A stretch of DNA of 64,000 nucleotides, taken from contig OX597821.1 of NCBI GenBank assembly GCA_951406725.2, positions 25,234,001 through 25,298,000 of the forward strand, given 5' to 3'. Below, piece by piece: positions 26,370-40,009 of this stretch. Source of the stretch: Octopus vulgaris. Lineage: Eukaryota. Each line of letters starts with the position of its first letter. The stretch's first letter is position 1. A program made the translations under genes and the position numbers. The notes beneath the pieces are model-generated. The model was not told where the DNA came from. It did not search any database and saw nothing but the letters and a program-made list of their open reading frames with translations.

Positions 26370-27180
26370 GGAAGAAATTGGAACGGACCTACTAGGTCTA
26401 ATAGTGCCCATGACACGCGGTATATCATGACGATGCCTCGACGATTCCATTTGGAGTAGAAAGTCCATGATGTGATAGATTAAAACAGAATTATTGTTGT
26501 TGTTTAAATCAGGCATGAGAAACCTTTTTCGAGAAGCGGGTCGCATGACACATGACTCATCATCAGGTGGACCACACTACTAAAGAAGAATCAAGGTAAC
26601 TTTTCATAAGGCATGTCATGTAGAAATTGCACGCGGGGCGCGGTTTACCTTTGGGCGTTTTAAGCTTTCCATAGAAAGTGCGCCAATAATTTGTATTTGA
26701 TTTCCGATGAATCGAACAATCATAAAGGCTGGGAACCACTGCGTCAGAGAATTCTTGGGTGAAACTGCAAGAAAACATGTACATGGCCGGGTGCGTGGTT
26801 TGGGTTTCAGTCTTACTGCGCGACACCTTGGGCAAGTGTATTCAACTATAGCTTCAGGCTGACGACTGCCTTGTGAGAAACTAATTCTTATTATATAGTT
26901 AAATATTTTTCAGCAACAGCCGTGTATGGGCGCTTCATCGGGTAGAATACGATTAATTCCTGTTGGGTTTTTCTTTAAAATGTTCAACAGTATAACAATT
27001 ATAAAGAATGATTTTCTATAATGCTATATAAATATAAACTCGGCAACTTAGAAGTTGGCGTGCGGTGCAGAAACAAACGTTGTGATCTTCTATTAAAGCC
27101 TGTTATCTCCCATCCTTGTGCTTATATTATCCTTAACGCTCTCTCTCTATAAATATATGTGTGTGTGTGTGTGTGTGTGT

Positions 27181-27354
27181 GGAGGTGCAATGGCCCTGCT
27201 GTACTCTTTCGCCACAACTTTCTCTCACTCTTTCTGTTGACCTGCTCGCTTAGCCAGCGGGGTGGCGTCATTTGAAGACTAAAACAATGCGAAGCGCATT
27301 GTGACCAGCGATGTGTAGCAACATCTGATAGCCTGGTCGGTCACGGTGTTCACG

Positions 27355-27357
<3 letters not shown>
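27181..27357 (+). mobile_element. SINE family C, internally deleted
   Basis: ggaggtgcaatggccc head fused to ctgctgtactctttc..gtgaccagcgatgtgtagcaacatctgat..ggtcacg tail, as in the 43795 copy. Confidence 0.75.
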
Positions 27358-27453
<96 letters not shown>

Positions 27454-28014
27454 ACATAGTTTATAGATATTGATCTATGCTTGTCGTTTTCCCTGTACGT
27501 TATTTGAGGAAGTTCGTTATGAATGTATTGTTCCATTAGTTTTTATTAGGCTTGCTTTTAGCCTGGTAACATGTTTGTGATATGATATAGATCGATAAAC
27601 AACGTATATGGTAGGCTATAATCGTTGTATAGTCTACATGTTTTAAGTTCTTGGTTTGCTGTTCCTTGGGTTGGTATTATCATGTCAACTATCGGCGGTT
27701 GCAAAGGGTTTTTTCCCCACTAAGAAATTTAATTCTATTGAGTCTAGGGAGAGTCATATTGTTTTAATGCCTTTAATACCTAACACACTCAACGGTTCGA
27801 TTTCCACTCATTTATTATTTATATATTTTTTTCCAAAATTTTCGTTGCTTTGCAACCTTGTCAATAGAAGTCGTGAATGTTTAACAATGATGTGAATATT
27901 TAATTCACTGGTTCCTTTGTATTAGAATTTTTATAGTATTGGAGTAAGTTCTTTCATATAAAGGTACTGTTTTGTAACTATAATCTAATACTAATTGTTT
28001 ACTTTGATGTTGTT

Positions 28015-28178
28015 ACTTGAAGAAAAAAAAAAACAAATATCTTACAAATTATAGAATTTTCTCAATAAAGCCAAGAGAAAAAGATGTTTTATAAACACAT
28101 TCTACCAGTATACGAAGTTTAAAATTTTTTAGTTACCTAGAAATTATGTTAAAAACTGCTGTTCAAACCGAAAAGATA
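28015..28178 (+). mobile_element. Right half of the GGATC-TIR MITE
   Basis: aaatatcttacaaa..aaaaactgctgttcaaaccgaaaagat. Confidence 0.8.
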
Positions 28179-28315
28179 CTTTTATTGTTATAACTTGTTA
28201 CTAAGTTAATCTAGATCATATCGGTCTGATTAACAGTGTTATTATTTTTGTCCTGCGGATCAAAAATCACCCGAAAAGAAAATTAATTTTCCTTTCAAAA
28301 TTTGCGAAGTTTAAT

Positions 28316-30945
28316 ATGGCGTCGTCGTCTTTGTCAGCGAGTCAACAAGAGAGGGAAGTGGGAGGAGATGTAGAACGCAAAATTGTCTTTCGCCGTCAGT
28401 CGCCCCCAATCACTCTAGATGTAAATGATAGAGGTAGTAGCAGGAGGAGTAGCAACAGCAATGACAATAACAAACACAGTGGAAGCGTTAGGAGTAATGA
28501 GAATTCGATCAAGGAAACACGAAATATAACTAGCAGCAGCTAATTGGACAAGGAAAATATCACCACTACCACCACCACTGCAACCATCACACAAATCAGT
28601 AAAATTTCGAACAAAGAAAGAGAAGGTTCAAGAAGGAATAACGTTTCCTTCGCAAAAGTTACAAATAAGTTTGAAATTATGTCGTTAAAGGACAAGGAAG
28701 AACATTTAAAGGAAGCTGAGAGGATTATAAGACCCGAAGAAAGAAAGGAACACTAAATGTGCATCAAAACCTGCTAGAAGCAACCGAAAAAAAAAAAAAA
28801 ACGATCATATACAGCTGTCTGTCCATGAAAAGAAGAAGATTGGAAAAAAATACCAATAGACCAAGCCGAACTCTGCCTGAAAAAATATAGTGGGGGGATG
28901 TCAGCTTTGTCTGCCACGCCCCAAAGTTCGGCTACATTAAGGTTATATTCTGGTCGGAATCACTAGTAAAAAAAACACTTACTGTCCCATTAAAATCGGA
29001 GGAGTTCGCTTTAATTCCCATCTATCTGGAACAGAGAGTGATCCGCATAAATATAAGTAACGTACCACCAGAAATCGATTACTGCTGGAAGATCCTAGAA
29101 GCTGGCTAGAAATCTAAAACTCCAAAAAGGAGAACTGGGTTGGGATGGGATTGGAAATTCTACTGCTGATATCTATAATAAAAGATTCACTACTGCAAGT
29201 AAAACCAGAAACTGTTGAGAAAGTTCCCGACCTAACAGAAATCCCTGGAGCCCAGCATCTGCAGGTGATCGTGGAAGGAAGAAGGCTGCGATGTTACTTC
29301 TGTGGGGATTCAGGTCACACCAGTCTATTGTCCGAAGGAAAGAATGAAAGGAGGGAATATGAGCTGCAGCAACCATTAACACCACTACAACCACAACAAC
29401 AAACACCACAACTAGGGCAAGCAGCAGCAGCAGAAACAACAACAACACCAACAGAGACAATTGGACACAACAGCATCCACAAACCCACTACGGCGCCGGC
29501 AGCAGCTGCAGCTAGAACATAACTGGAGTGGAAACAACTGCACAACATCAAACAGAATGTACACCGGCAGCAGCAGCAGCCACATCACAAACAGCAACAA
29601 CAATAGCAGCAACAGGGAACTCACCACCAAAAAAAAAAAAGACATAGCATTAACAACGCCAACAGTAAAACAAATACCTGCGGAAGAAATACCCCTCCGC
29701 TATTCGGACAACGAAAACGACGGAAATAAGGAGGGACAGGCATGGCAAACAGTCACATGAGAAGGGTGGAAAAGACGGAAGTGCACAAAAGATAAGCAGG
29801 ACAAAAATACAGGCAGGTAGGAGAAAATACCCATCGTCCAACATGGTACTGCTTAGAGTGGGCAGTATAAATGTACGCGGCCTGGGGTCGTCATGGAAGT
29901 AAGGTCGCTTGCTCAATGACCTCACGTGACGAAAATTAGACGTAATAGTTGTCAGTAAGACCAGGATCTCGGATACGCGCGCCTTAGCGCCTAATCTCAA
30001 TGTTTATGAGATCTTTGCATCTCTTAGTCGACCGGGAATGGGAGTGGGGTGGCGGTATTGTTCAGATCTCGAGATGCGGGCGGTCTTCCTGGACCCGGAA
30101 GGTAGGATGGTGATCCTGGACGTGGATGATAACGAAGGCAGTGCCTTTAGACTGGTCGTTGTGTACGCACCGCTGTGTGCCGGACAGCCTGATTTCTTTA
30201 GACGTTTAGAGATCTTTCTTGGGGTGTCTCGTTCCTTAGTGTTATTGGGCGACTGGAACGCCATCTTGGATGCACGTGTAGATTGGATGGGGCTAGCCGA
30301 CAGGAAAGGGTTGGGGAGCAAGCTTCGCAAACCTGTTCGGTCGTTTCCAATTGGTTGACAGATTCAGACAGGATTCCCCGAATTCTCCAATGTGGACGTG
30401 GGCAAACAGCGTTGGGTCATCCAGATTTTATCTAAACGGTATTTTGTAAGCCAGCAGATAAGGATAGCATAGGTTGTCAACAATTTCAAGTTGTCAGCTA
30501 TATGGACCATAATTATGTGATCTGTATGGTCGACCTAGGTAGGCTCCATAGGCAGAACCCGGTATACTAGAAGCTAAACGTGTTTTCCCCGGCGCGCCAA
30601 GCTTTCAGAGACCGGATTAGTATGTTAGTCCATCGAAAATTGACGGGTGCAGTCGTCAACAACCGATAGTGGGCAGCCCTAAAATGGGCAGTTAGAGTAG
30701 AAGCGGTAGGATTTTGCAGGGAATTAGCGATAGAGAATACTAGGGTAGAGGGAGAACTAGTTAGGAAATTAGAAAAGGCACTCAGTAGTGGCATAGAAAC
30801 CGATGTTCTGGCGGCGAGATTGGTTTTGAACCAATTCTTCAAGCATGAAGGTTGCATTGTCAGAGCTAGGGCACGTGCTCTAAGACACGAGGGAATGAAT
30901 GCCGTTCGATGGGTCCGGGTGGCCGAGGCGCAACGTGGCAATAAA
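28316..30945 (+). mobile_element. Decayed Tx1/L1-clade LINE 5' part (ORF1 with zinc knuckle, ORF2 APE endonuclease), 3'-truncated
   Basis: ORF1 has RLRCYFCGDSGH. ORF2 from 29843 has VGSINVRGL, DPEGRMVILDV..FRLVVVYAP, LVLLGDWNAILD, WTW, DHN. Many stops. Confidence 0.85.
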
Positions 30946-30949
30946 ACCA

Positions 30950-32260
30950 CAAATATTGCAATAGATGTAGATTTGCTGTAGATTTCAGTAGATTTGTAGT
31001 TTTTGTGCAATGGATTAGCTGTAGATATTGCAATAAGTGAACAATAGACATGCAATATATTGCAGTCGGTATGCAGTACATGCAGAGTAGATATGCTATA
31101 GACATTGCAATTAATGTGAAGTTGATATTACAGAAGACATTGCGGATATACAGTACAATTTGTATGCAGTATGTGCCGTGAATTTGCTGTAGATATTGCA
31201 GAATGTGCGAATGTGATATTGATATTGCAGCATGTATTCAGTAGAAGCTGCTATTGCAGTAGACGTGCAGTAGATATTTCAGTAGATGTGGTGTGAAGTA
31301 GACCTTGCAGTAGACGTGCAGTGGATATTGCAAAAGATATTCAGTAGATATTTCAGTAGATGTTGTGTGAAGTATACCCTGCAGTAGACGTGCAGTGGAT
31401 ATTGCAAAAGTTAATCAGCAGATATTGCAGTAGATGTACTTGAAGTAGGTGTTGCAACAGATATGTAGTGTTGCGGCAGATGTGCAGTGGATATTGTTGC
31501 AGATATTCAGTAGATATTGCAGCAGATGTGCTGTAGAATATGTATTGCAATAGACAGGCAATGGATATTACAGAAAATATTCGGTAGATGTACTCTTTTA
31601 CTCTTTTACTTGTTTCAGTCATTTGACTGCGGCCATGCTGGAGCACCGCCTTTAATCGAGCAAATCGACCCCGGGACTTATTCTTTGTAAGCCCAGTACT
31701 TATTCTATCGGTCTCTTTTGCCGAACCGCTAAGTGACGGGGACATAAACACACCAGCATCGGTTGTCAAGCAATGCTAGGGGGACAAACACAAGCACACA
31801 CGCACACACACATATACACATATATATATATACATATATACGACGGGTTTCTTTCAGTTTCTGTCTACCAAATCCACTCACAAGGCTTTGGTCGGCCCGA
31901 GGCTATAGTAGAAGACACTTGCCCAAGGTGCCACGCAGTGGGACTGAACCCAGAACCATGTGGTTGGTAAACAAGCTACTTACCACACAGCCACTCCTGC
32001 GCCCGTACAATGAAGTAGATATCGCAATAGGCGTGCAGTGGATATAGCATGGGAAAAACTCAGTAGATATGGCAGTAGATGTGCTGTGAAACCGGTATGT
32101 GCAGTACGTGGTCTGTAGAAATAGTAATATATACATTGCAAAATATATTGCAGTAGTTATACAGCATATACTGCTATAGATTTGCAGTAGATTAATGCCG
32201 TAGGTATTACAGTGGAGTAGAGCAAGTTGCTGCCAACCGAAGTGCGCAGTTTGCTTACAC
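30950..32260. repeat. Degenerate GCAGTAGATATT-type minisatellite split by a SINE; related tract at 44570-44680
   Basis: Recurrent gcagtagat/gatattgca units. Confidence 0.8.
31590..32003 (-). mobile_element. SINE family A, full length
   Basis: Near-consensus copy. Confidence 0.9.
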
Positions 32261-32431
32261 TGGCAGTTTATCGATCTGTAATGATGGTTCACTCCAGGAA
32301 AAAAGAACTTATATATTGATATATAGATATATAGATATACGCTCTCACTGTTTGATGACACGATACCCGTATAGTTTCACTTTCTCTTTCTTTCTCTGTT
32401 TTTTTTTCTCTCTTTTCTCTCTTTCTTCTCC

Positions 32432-32462
<31 letters not shown>

Positions 32463-32584
32463 ACTCTCTTTTTGCCTCCTCTTAATCTATCTCTTTTTAT
32501 CAACTTCTCTCTATTTCTCGTCTCTTTCTATTCTTTTTCGCTTATCGTTCTACTCCCTCACTGTCTTCTTTTCTTACTTTCCAT

Positions 32585-33620
32585 TTTTCTTCTTCTTCTC
32601 CTTCTTCTTCTTCTTCTTCTTCTTCTTCTTCTTCTCCTTCTTCTTCTTCTTCTTCTTCTCCTTCTTCTTCTTCTTCTTCTTCTTCTTCTCCTTCTTCTGC
32701 TTCTTCTTCTCCTTCTTCTTCTTCTTCTTCTTCTCCTTCTCCTTCCTCTTCTTCTCCTTCTTCTTCTTCTTCTTCTTCTTCTTCTTCTTCTTCTTCTCCT
32801 TCTTCTTCTTCTTCTTCTTCTTCCTTCTGCTTCTTCTTCTTCTTCTTCTTCTTCTCCTCCTCCTCCTCCTCCTCCTCCCCTTCTTCTTCTTCTTCTTCTT
32901 CTTCTTCTACTTCTTTTTCTTCTTCTTCTTCTTCTTCTTCTTCTTCTACTACTTCTTCTTCCTCTTTCTCTCTTTCTTCTTCTTCTTCTTCTTCTTCTTC
33001 TTCTTCTTCTTCTTCTCTTCTCTTCTTCTTCTTCTTCTTCTTCTTCTTCTTCTTCTTCTTCTTCTTCTTCTTCTTCTCTTCTTCTTCTTCTTCTTCTTCT
33101 TCTTCTTCTTCTTCTTCTTCTTCTTCTTCTTCTTCTTCTCTTCTTCTTCTTCTTCTTCTTCTTCTTCTTCTTCTTCTTCTTCTTCTTCTTCTTCTTCTTC
33201 TTCTTCTTCTTCTTCTTCTTCTTCTTCTTCTTCTTCTTCTTCTTCTTCTTCTTCTTCTTCTTCTTCTTCTTCTTCTCTTCTTCTTCTTCTTCTTCTTCTT
33301 CTTCTTCTTCTTCTTTTCTTCTTCTTCTTCTTCTTCTTCTTCTTCTTCTTCTTCTTCTTCTCCTCCTCCTCCTCCTCCTTCCTCCTCTTCTTCTTCTTCT
33401 TCTTCTTCTTCTTCTTCTTCTTCTTCTTCTTCTTCTTCTTCTCCTTCTTCTTCTTCTTCTTCTTCTTCTTCTTCTTCTTCTCCTTCTTCTTCCCCCCCTC
33501 CTCCTCCTCCTCCTTCTTCTTATTCTTATTCTCTTTTCTCTTTCTTCTACTTTTTCTTCTTCTTCTTCTTCTTCTTCTTCTTCTTCTTCTTCTTCTTTCC
33601 TTCCTTCCTTCCTTCCTTCC
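32585..33620. repeat. About 1-kb (CTT)n/(GAA)n polypyrimidine-polypurine tract
   Basis: Almost exclusively C/T on the plus strand, with CTC/CCT interruptions. Confidence 0.97.
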
Positions 33621-34692
33621 TCTACTCACTCCATTTCTCTCTATACCAATAGGGGTTGATGGTAGCGGTGGTGCAGTTGTAAATTGAGGTGAAACGGGAA
33701 GGGAAGATACAAGAAGGCAGAAGAGGAGGAAGAAGAAACACGGTAAAAGACACAGTTGTGTGTGTGAGCGCGCGCGTATGAGTGTGTGTGTATGCGTGTG
33801 CGTGTGCGTGTGCGTGAGAGAGAGAGAGAGTGAGAGAGGGACCCAGGCAAAAACTGAGAGACTGAGAAAGAGAGACTGATAGAGACAAACAGAGAAAGAG
33901 ACAGAAATTGAGAGAGAAAGTAAAAAAGAGAGCGAGTAAGAGAAAGAGAGTAAAAGAGAGAGGGGGACAGACAGACAGGGATAAAGAAAGAGAGGAGAGC
34001 TACACAGACAAAGACTGTGAGGGAGAGAAAAAGAGAGAGAGAAAAAGAGACAGACAGACAGACAGACAAACCAAACTGACAGAGACTGACTGACAGACAG
34101 ACAGAGAGCAGACATGCTGGCAAGCAAGCGATCAAGCCAGAAAAAAGGAATGGTTAATTTACGATGTCACACTTTGATCTTGCAACATTTCAATCACGTG
34201 AAATACTGTCTACAATAATGGTCTTCTATTATAATTCCATTCACATCTACGATGCATTACAGCAATATAACCTTGTGATACATAACCACGTGAAACAGCA
34301 TCATTATTATCATGTGATATACAGCAAAACTCTCAGCCCAGCTCTGTTGTCATATCATAGATCTTTATCACTGCTGTGTGATATCGCACTCCACCACGTG
34401 GTTAACTAAGGTTCGAGTGCTGACTGTAAACAGCGAAGAGTAAATATAATGGCAAGAATGTTAGTAGCAGCATATAGTACTGGATCCCTTATCCGGCTTC
34501 CAGAAATTCTGAAGTACTGAGCAATATACCGTCTCCTGTATTGAGTGAACAGACCCTGTTTTTGAAGCTGGTTAAATAGTATTCGGTTGAAAATAGTTTT
34601 GTTATTTTCTTTTTTTAAAATGTAGATTGATAAAGCACAATCTACTTTAGAAGCGTATTAATTTGTACCTGTATCAGTTAAGTAAAATAATG

Positions 34693-34918
34693 CTCTTTAC
34701 TCTTTTACTCTTTTACTTGTTTCAGTCATTTGACTGCGGCCATGCTGGAGCACCGCCTTTAGTCGAGCAAATCGACCCCGGGACTTATTCTTTGTAAGCC
34801 CAGTACTTATTCTATCGGTCTCTTTTGCCGAACCGCTAAGTGACGGGGACATAAACATACCAGCATCGGTTGTCAAGCAATGCTAGGGGGACAAACACAG
34901 ACACACAACCCTCCCCCC

Positions 34919-34965
<47 letters not shown>

Positions 34966-35142
34966 ATATATATATATATGGACAGGCTTCTTTCAGTTTC
35001 CGTCTACCAAATCCACTCACAAGGCATTGATCGGCCCGGGGCTATAGCAGAAGACACTTGCCCAAGGTGCCACGCAGTGGGACTGAACCCGGAACCATGT
35101 GGTTGGTTAGCAAGCTACTTACCACACAGCCACTCCTGCGCC
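34693..35142 (-). mobile_element. SINE family A, full length
   Basis: Near-consensus copy. Confidence 0.9.
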
Positions 35143-35592
35143 TTTATTTGTCTTTGTTTAATTTTCATCTTTTAAACATTATCGTTTATATATAATGCAG
35201 TATGATATATTTTGTGGATTTTAAGAGAATTAATGTACACCAAACAGACCCTGCTTTAGAAGTGTATTAATTTGAATCTGTTAAATACAATTTGTCTCTT
35301 TACTTTTAAGTAATATATTTAGATTATCACCAGGAAACTGGAAACTCAAGAAACCCGAGCCACCTCTACACCGAAGGTTATCGAAAAAGTGATTCGGTAC
35401 AGTATACTATTTCTAACAAGGAACAGAAAGGTTGTATTTGGGATAATGGAGCTGAATATAGTGAAATAGAACAGAACCTGGAATATATGGTTCACAAGAA
35501 ACTTCATCTTTTTATGCTAGAAGACAAAATGTGTACACTCATAACACGCGCACGAGCGATTACACACATGCATACACATACACACACATATA

Positions 35593-35898
35593 TCTTTATA
35601 TATAAAAGTGAAGTTGTGTGAGTGTCTGTCTCCTACGATTTACATTCCTAACTACTCCCACATTTTGCGGTGCAGTTTAACCAAAAGCGGGTGTCTTATA
35701 GTCGTGATTCATATCGATTCATACCCTTCTGGGTATTAGCGCGCATCTACGATGAGTCTACGATTTAAAAAAAAAATTACCATCATTTTTCCCATTTTTA
35801 ATGCATTTTTTGCTATTATATAAGGGAAGTAACTCTCTAAAAATGCTTATATAGTTATTTCCCTTACAAACCCGAGCAACGCCGGGCGATACTGCTAG
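35593..35898 (+). mobile_element. Non-autonomous Helitron
   Basis: A|TCTTTATATATAAAAG...CCCG-agcaacgc-CGGG hairpin, then cgatactgCTAG|T. Inserted between A and T with no TSD. Confidence 0.82.
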
Positions 35899-36926
35899 TA
35901 TATATATACACACAAACAGCAATTTGTGTATCGTACTTAAAGAAGATACATTGTCGAAAGCCTTGTAACGACGAAACTTAAAGGGCCACCAAATGTTAAG
36001 ACGAAATTTTAATGTGAAGATGTTGGTGAACTGAATGAAGAACAATAACAATTAATTATTAAGATGGACATTTATCAAAACTGATGGTAATTTTAGTCGT
36101 TGCAATATATAAGAAATATACAAATCCGTCGAGTTATTTGTAGATGTAAAATATTTGTCTCTGGTTCCATGGCTCATTGTATATGTTAGTCTTTTTTTTC
36201 ATCGCTGAGAGAGGTAGGACGGAATGGTACAGTAAAACGTCTTGACTCATGCGTGACAAACCATGCTTGAAGTGAGAAAAATAGCGCTGGTAAAGAAACT
36301 ATGCTCTTGGTAGGTGTCGAATTTACGAAAGAAGTCGGCTAATATTTGGTTGTGTATCTATAGTGTTGCTAGCCAAAGTATGTCGAGCTAAAACAATAGG
36401 GTTCTTTGTTCCTAATCAGGTTCGATCCGAGAATGCTTCGAAAAAGGTCTAAGAGGTCAGTCCATTCTCATTAATCTCTCAGTGCCACTGGCGAAGATAA
36501 CTGGTCAAGGATTTGTTTCACTATATGGAAAAATGTAGATTCATTTTCGAATCTTAGCTTAGACATTCTGTTACTATTCACTACAGCCTTATAAACTGCG
36601 GTATTTGTCTCGAGATAGCTTCTCTTACTGATGTATAGTGTTAAAAAAAAAAAAAACTGAAATATGTCAATAGTAAATGAAAATCGCCCAGCAGTAGTGA
36701 AGGCATTGCTAAATACGTGTCTCTGCGTATTGAGACTTCATCAGTAGCAAGTAACGTCTATAAAAGATACTACCTCAAGACGAATGCTGCAAGATATCCG
36801 GCTTTCAACGTTGTATTTGATTTAAGTTTGATACACAGATTGCCATTCTGAACTAATACTGCTCCCGTCGCTCATAACGAACATGCTTATAAGTATTATG
36901 TGCAGGGAACATCATAGTACTATTAC

Positions 36927-37139
36927 CACCTCGGTAGTTTGTCCAGAAAACTCCGCGAGGAAAAAGAAAGCGTCGATGGTAGGAGGAGTTCTTTAAATGG
37001 ATAATGGTGGTGTTACTAGGTTCAAGTGAGAAACGAAATTCAAGGAAATACTTTAAGACAGAGAGCTCTTCAGTGTGGCGAATTACAGAAAACAGGATTT
37101 TTACACCGATGCGAATTGGAAGAAAGGGTCTTTTAAAGT
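36927..37139 (-). CDS. Candidate isolated internal coding exon (phase 1/1)
   Basis: ctttttttccAG| followed by 213 nt open, (D)FKRPFLPIRIGVKILFSVIRH...RGVFWTNYRG, then |GTaata. Product unrecognised. Confidence 0.28.
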
Positions 37140-37194
37140 CTGGAAAAAAAGTCCCATTATACAATGATGTATGCAGAGTGAAACAGCATGAGCT

Positions 37195-37610
37195 GAGCTT
37201 TATATCGTCAGCGTATCGTATTTATATAGCCAATATTCCATATTTTTATCGCCAATTTACTATATTTATACCGTCAATATGTTATATTTACGCTGCCAAT
37301 ATGCTATATTTACACAAACAGTACATTACGTTTAAACCCGTCAGTATAATATATTTATACAATCAATATTCAACATTTATACCGTTAATACACTATATTT
37401 GTACTGTCAAAATATTTATACTGCCAAAATACTATATTTACACTGTCAACATACGACATTTTTATACCGTCATTATATTCTATTTATACCGTCAATATAC
37501 TATATTTATACAATTAATATACTGTATTTGTACGAACATTTTACTATATTCATAATCTCAATATATTGCATTAATACTGTTAATCCGTTATTTATACTGT
37601 CAGTATTTAA
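37195..37610. repeat. Degenerate minisatellite of about 20 bp (tatatttataccgtcaatat-like)
   Basis: Recurrent unit visible. Confidence 0.75.
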
Positions 37611-37816
37611 TAACAGTTCGACTCAGCTCCATATGAATTAAAATTTCGTGGGTACTTAGGACAGGGTCATCTCATCAGATCTTTGGAGAAGAGTGAGGTA
37701 TTTGACGAGTTTAAGTCATATGGAGCTGAATCAAGCTGTTATTAAAAATATATGCAACTCCTACCAGGGGTGTTAAGTGCCACTTTCTTCCGTTTGTCCA
37801 CTCACTCACTTGTATA

Positions 37817-37852
<36 letters not shown>

Positions 37853-38894
37853 ACATACATGTGTGTGTGGTTAATAATGCCTATTTTATACTATATACAG
37901 TGTTTCGTATCTTGTAGTCACTAGGCCGTTTCCATAAACAGGACATTAAACGGTCAGCATTCTAATCTATCGACCTGAATGCAGGTTCCACAGTGTGGTA
38001 CAGACCACTGCACTCATCTTCGACATTTACCTGTCTACATTACAGCGTATCTAGCAGCAAGTAGGCAGCACGATGTGTTATAGTTCACTGTACCATGTAC
38101 ATAAAAAGACATTATACTCACAATAACCTTGTGCAGTAAGTTGTAAGTAGATGCTACAACTCGTATAGTTCACAGTATTGTGTCTGCGATCAATACATTG
38201 ACTAACAATGCTGTGTAGATATCTGTAAATGGACACCACAATGTTCTAATTCCCTTTACTGCGTCCAAGATCAAAACGCTTGACTTGTCAACAGTTCAGT
38301 CCATTTAGCCGTAAGTAGGTACCACACTGTGCTGTGAGTAATTGTTGATACATATACTGCCCATTTCAGTTTTTCTTGCTGCTGTAAACTACGGTACTAT
38401 CCAAACAAGATTTATCTTACATCACCTCAACACTGCAGATATTGTTGATAAATAGATGCCTTTATGGACGCCTGTGTTTCGCAAAAAGTTAATATTGTAT
38501 TTATGAACAGTGTAAAAAATATGAAATAGATAGATATAATGTTGAAGCACATTGGTAATAGGCTAGGTGCTAGAAATGGAGAAAATGTTTGCACAGACAA
38601 GATCAGGGTTAGACAGAAAGAGTCGTGAGACAATTAGAAGGGTGAGTGTTGATCCATCCATCCATCCATCCATCCATCCAATGGCATAACTTCTTGTAAA
38701 GATAAGAGTACACTGTTAATTAAATGTTGTGTTTCCATTTATTTAATCACTTAAGATTCAGATTGAATAGAAAGGTATTTTTTTGCTCTTTTAAATTATG
38801 TAAACTTTAATGCAAACATTTAAAATTAGCCTAATATCATTATTGGCAGTCTCAATAACGTCACAAAAAATGAGCATCACTTAATTTGAGAATA

Positions 38895-39295
38895 TTAGTT
38901 AGTTAGTTAATTATTGGCTCAAAAAGCAAAAAGCAAGGCCATGTAGGGGGACATGGAGTTATGTACAGGGTGGTGTTCATGTAAAGAGTTCAGGCCACTT
39001 GAGGTCAAGGGAGACTTTGAACCGAGCGGTCGTCGGCATCTTCACCATCTCGTCCAGCAGCTTATTCCACAGATCCGCAACCCGGACGGAGAAAGCCCCT
39101 CTCCTTCGATTGAAACGAAATCGTCGCAGATAGAGCTTTTCGGAGTGACCCCGCAGCCGACGCTCTGGAGCAGGAGTGAAGAACAGCTCTTTCGAGAGGT
39201 TACACTTTCCGCTTATGATGTTGTGAGCGAGAATGAGATCACCACGGCGGCGGCGTTTTTCAAGAGAATAAAGGTCGCCTTTCTTCATAAGACAA
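38895..39295 (-). mobile_element. CR1-clade LINE 3' end, 5'-truncated
   Basis: LYSLEKRRRRGDLI...RLRGHSEKL..RRGAFSVRVADLWNKL..FKVSLD, followed by a short 3' UTR and a (TAAC)n tail. Confidence 0.88.
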
Positions 39296-39334
39296 ATTCT
39301 TGAGACCAAGAACCATGCGGGTAGCCAGCTCTGT

Positions 39335-39500
39335 TGTATTTAATATTACCCCAAAACAAATCAAAGAAGTAAAAGATCTTATAAATTTCAAAAGACATCC
39401 TGACAAATTTCTTCAGGGGATACCTGACAAACTATCAGCAATTTAACGGGACTTAACAAATTCTATCAGGTGGTGCTATTAAATCAAACATGGCCTGATT
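39335..39500 (+). mobile_element. Older CR1-like 3' fragment
   Basis: Translates as LFNITPKQIKEVKDLINFKRHPDKFLQGIPD, typical of a CR1 ORF2 C-terminus. Confidence 0.55.
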
Positions 39501-39697
39501 CAATTTGAGCCGGAACATATACAAGTATATTTAAGTTTGTTTTAATTTATTATGTCACCCCCCCGCACATCCAATAAAACGGAGTGTGTGCATTAAGAAA
39601 AACAAAATCATACGACATATTATTTGTTTTGTGTTTCTCAAAACTGTTTCATATTCACAGGACGTTGATCATATCGGCTGGAATTTCTTCTTATTTT

Positions 39698-39988
39698 TGG
39701 AAATAAATATTCGTAAATGTCAATTCTTTATTTATCTAATTTCTAATGAACATAAATGGGATATACGAATACTATATTTGCATATCAATTATTTATGTTC
39801 TGTACGAATACTTTTTTCACTCCTAAATATTTATAATTGTATATAAATTCCTTAGTAACTATAATTTATTAGTTTCGTTTGCATTTTCTTAGTTTATGCA
39901 TGTGTATGCAAATATAGTATTGGTATATCATATTTATGTTCATTAGAAATTAGATAAAGAATTTTGACATGTACGAATATTTATTTCC
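39698..39988. repeat. Inverted repeat / MITE-like element with arms of about 85 bp
   Basis: ggaaataaatattcgta..tctaatttctaatgaacataaat..aatactatatttgcata mirrored at 39906-39988. Confidence 0.75.
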
Positions 39989-40009
39989 TCCCACTGTATA
40001 TAATCATAG

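Noticed and set aside
26525-26570. CUGAUGA...GAAA on the minus strand
   Set aside because: No complementary stem I or palindromic stem III.
30950-31590. Repeat array superficially like CRISPR
   Set aside because: Degenerate minisatellite with no constant repeat and unique spacer pattern, no cas genes, and a eukaryotic context.
32316-34127. 447-aa and 392-aa ORFs
   Set aside because: Translations of the (CTT)n tract (poly-L/F/S and poly-K/E/R); no stop codons are possible in such a tract.
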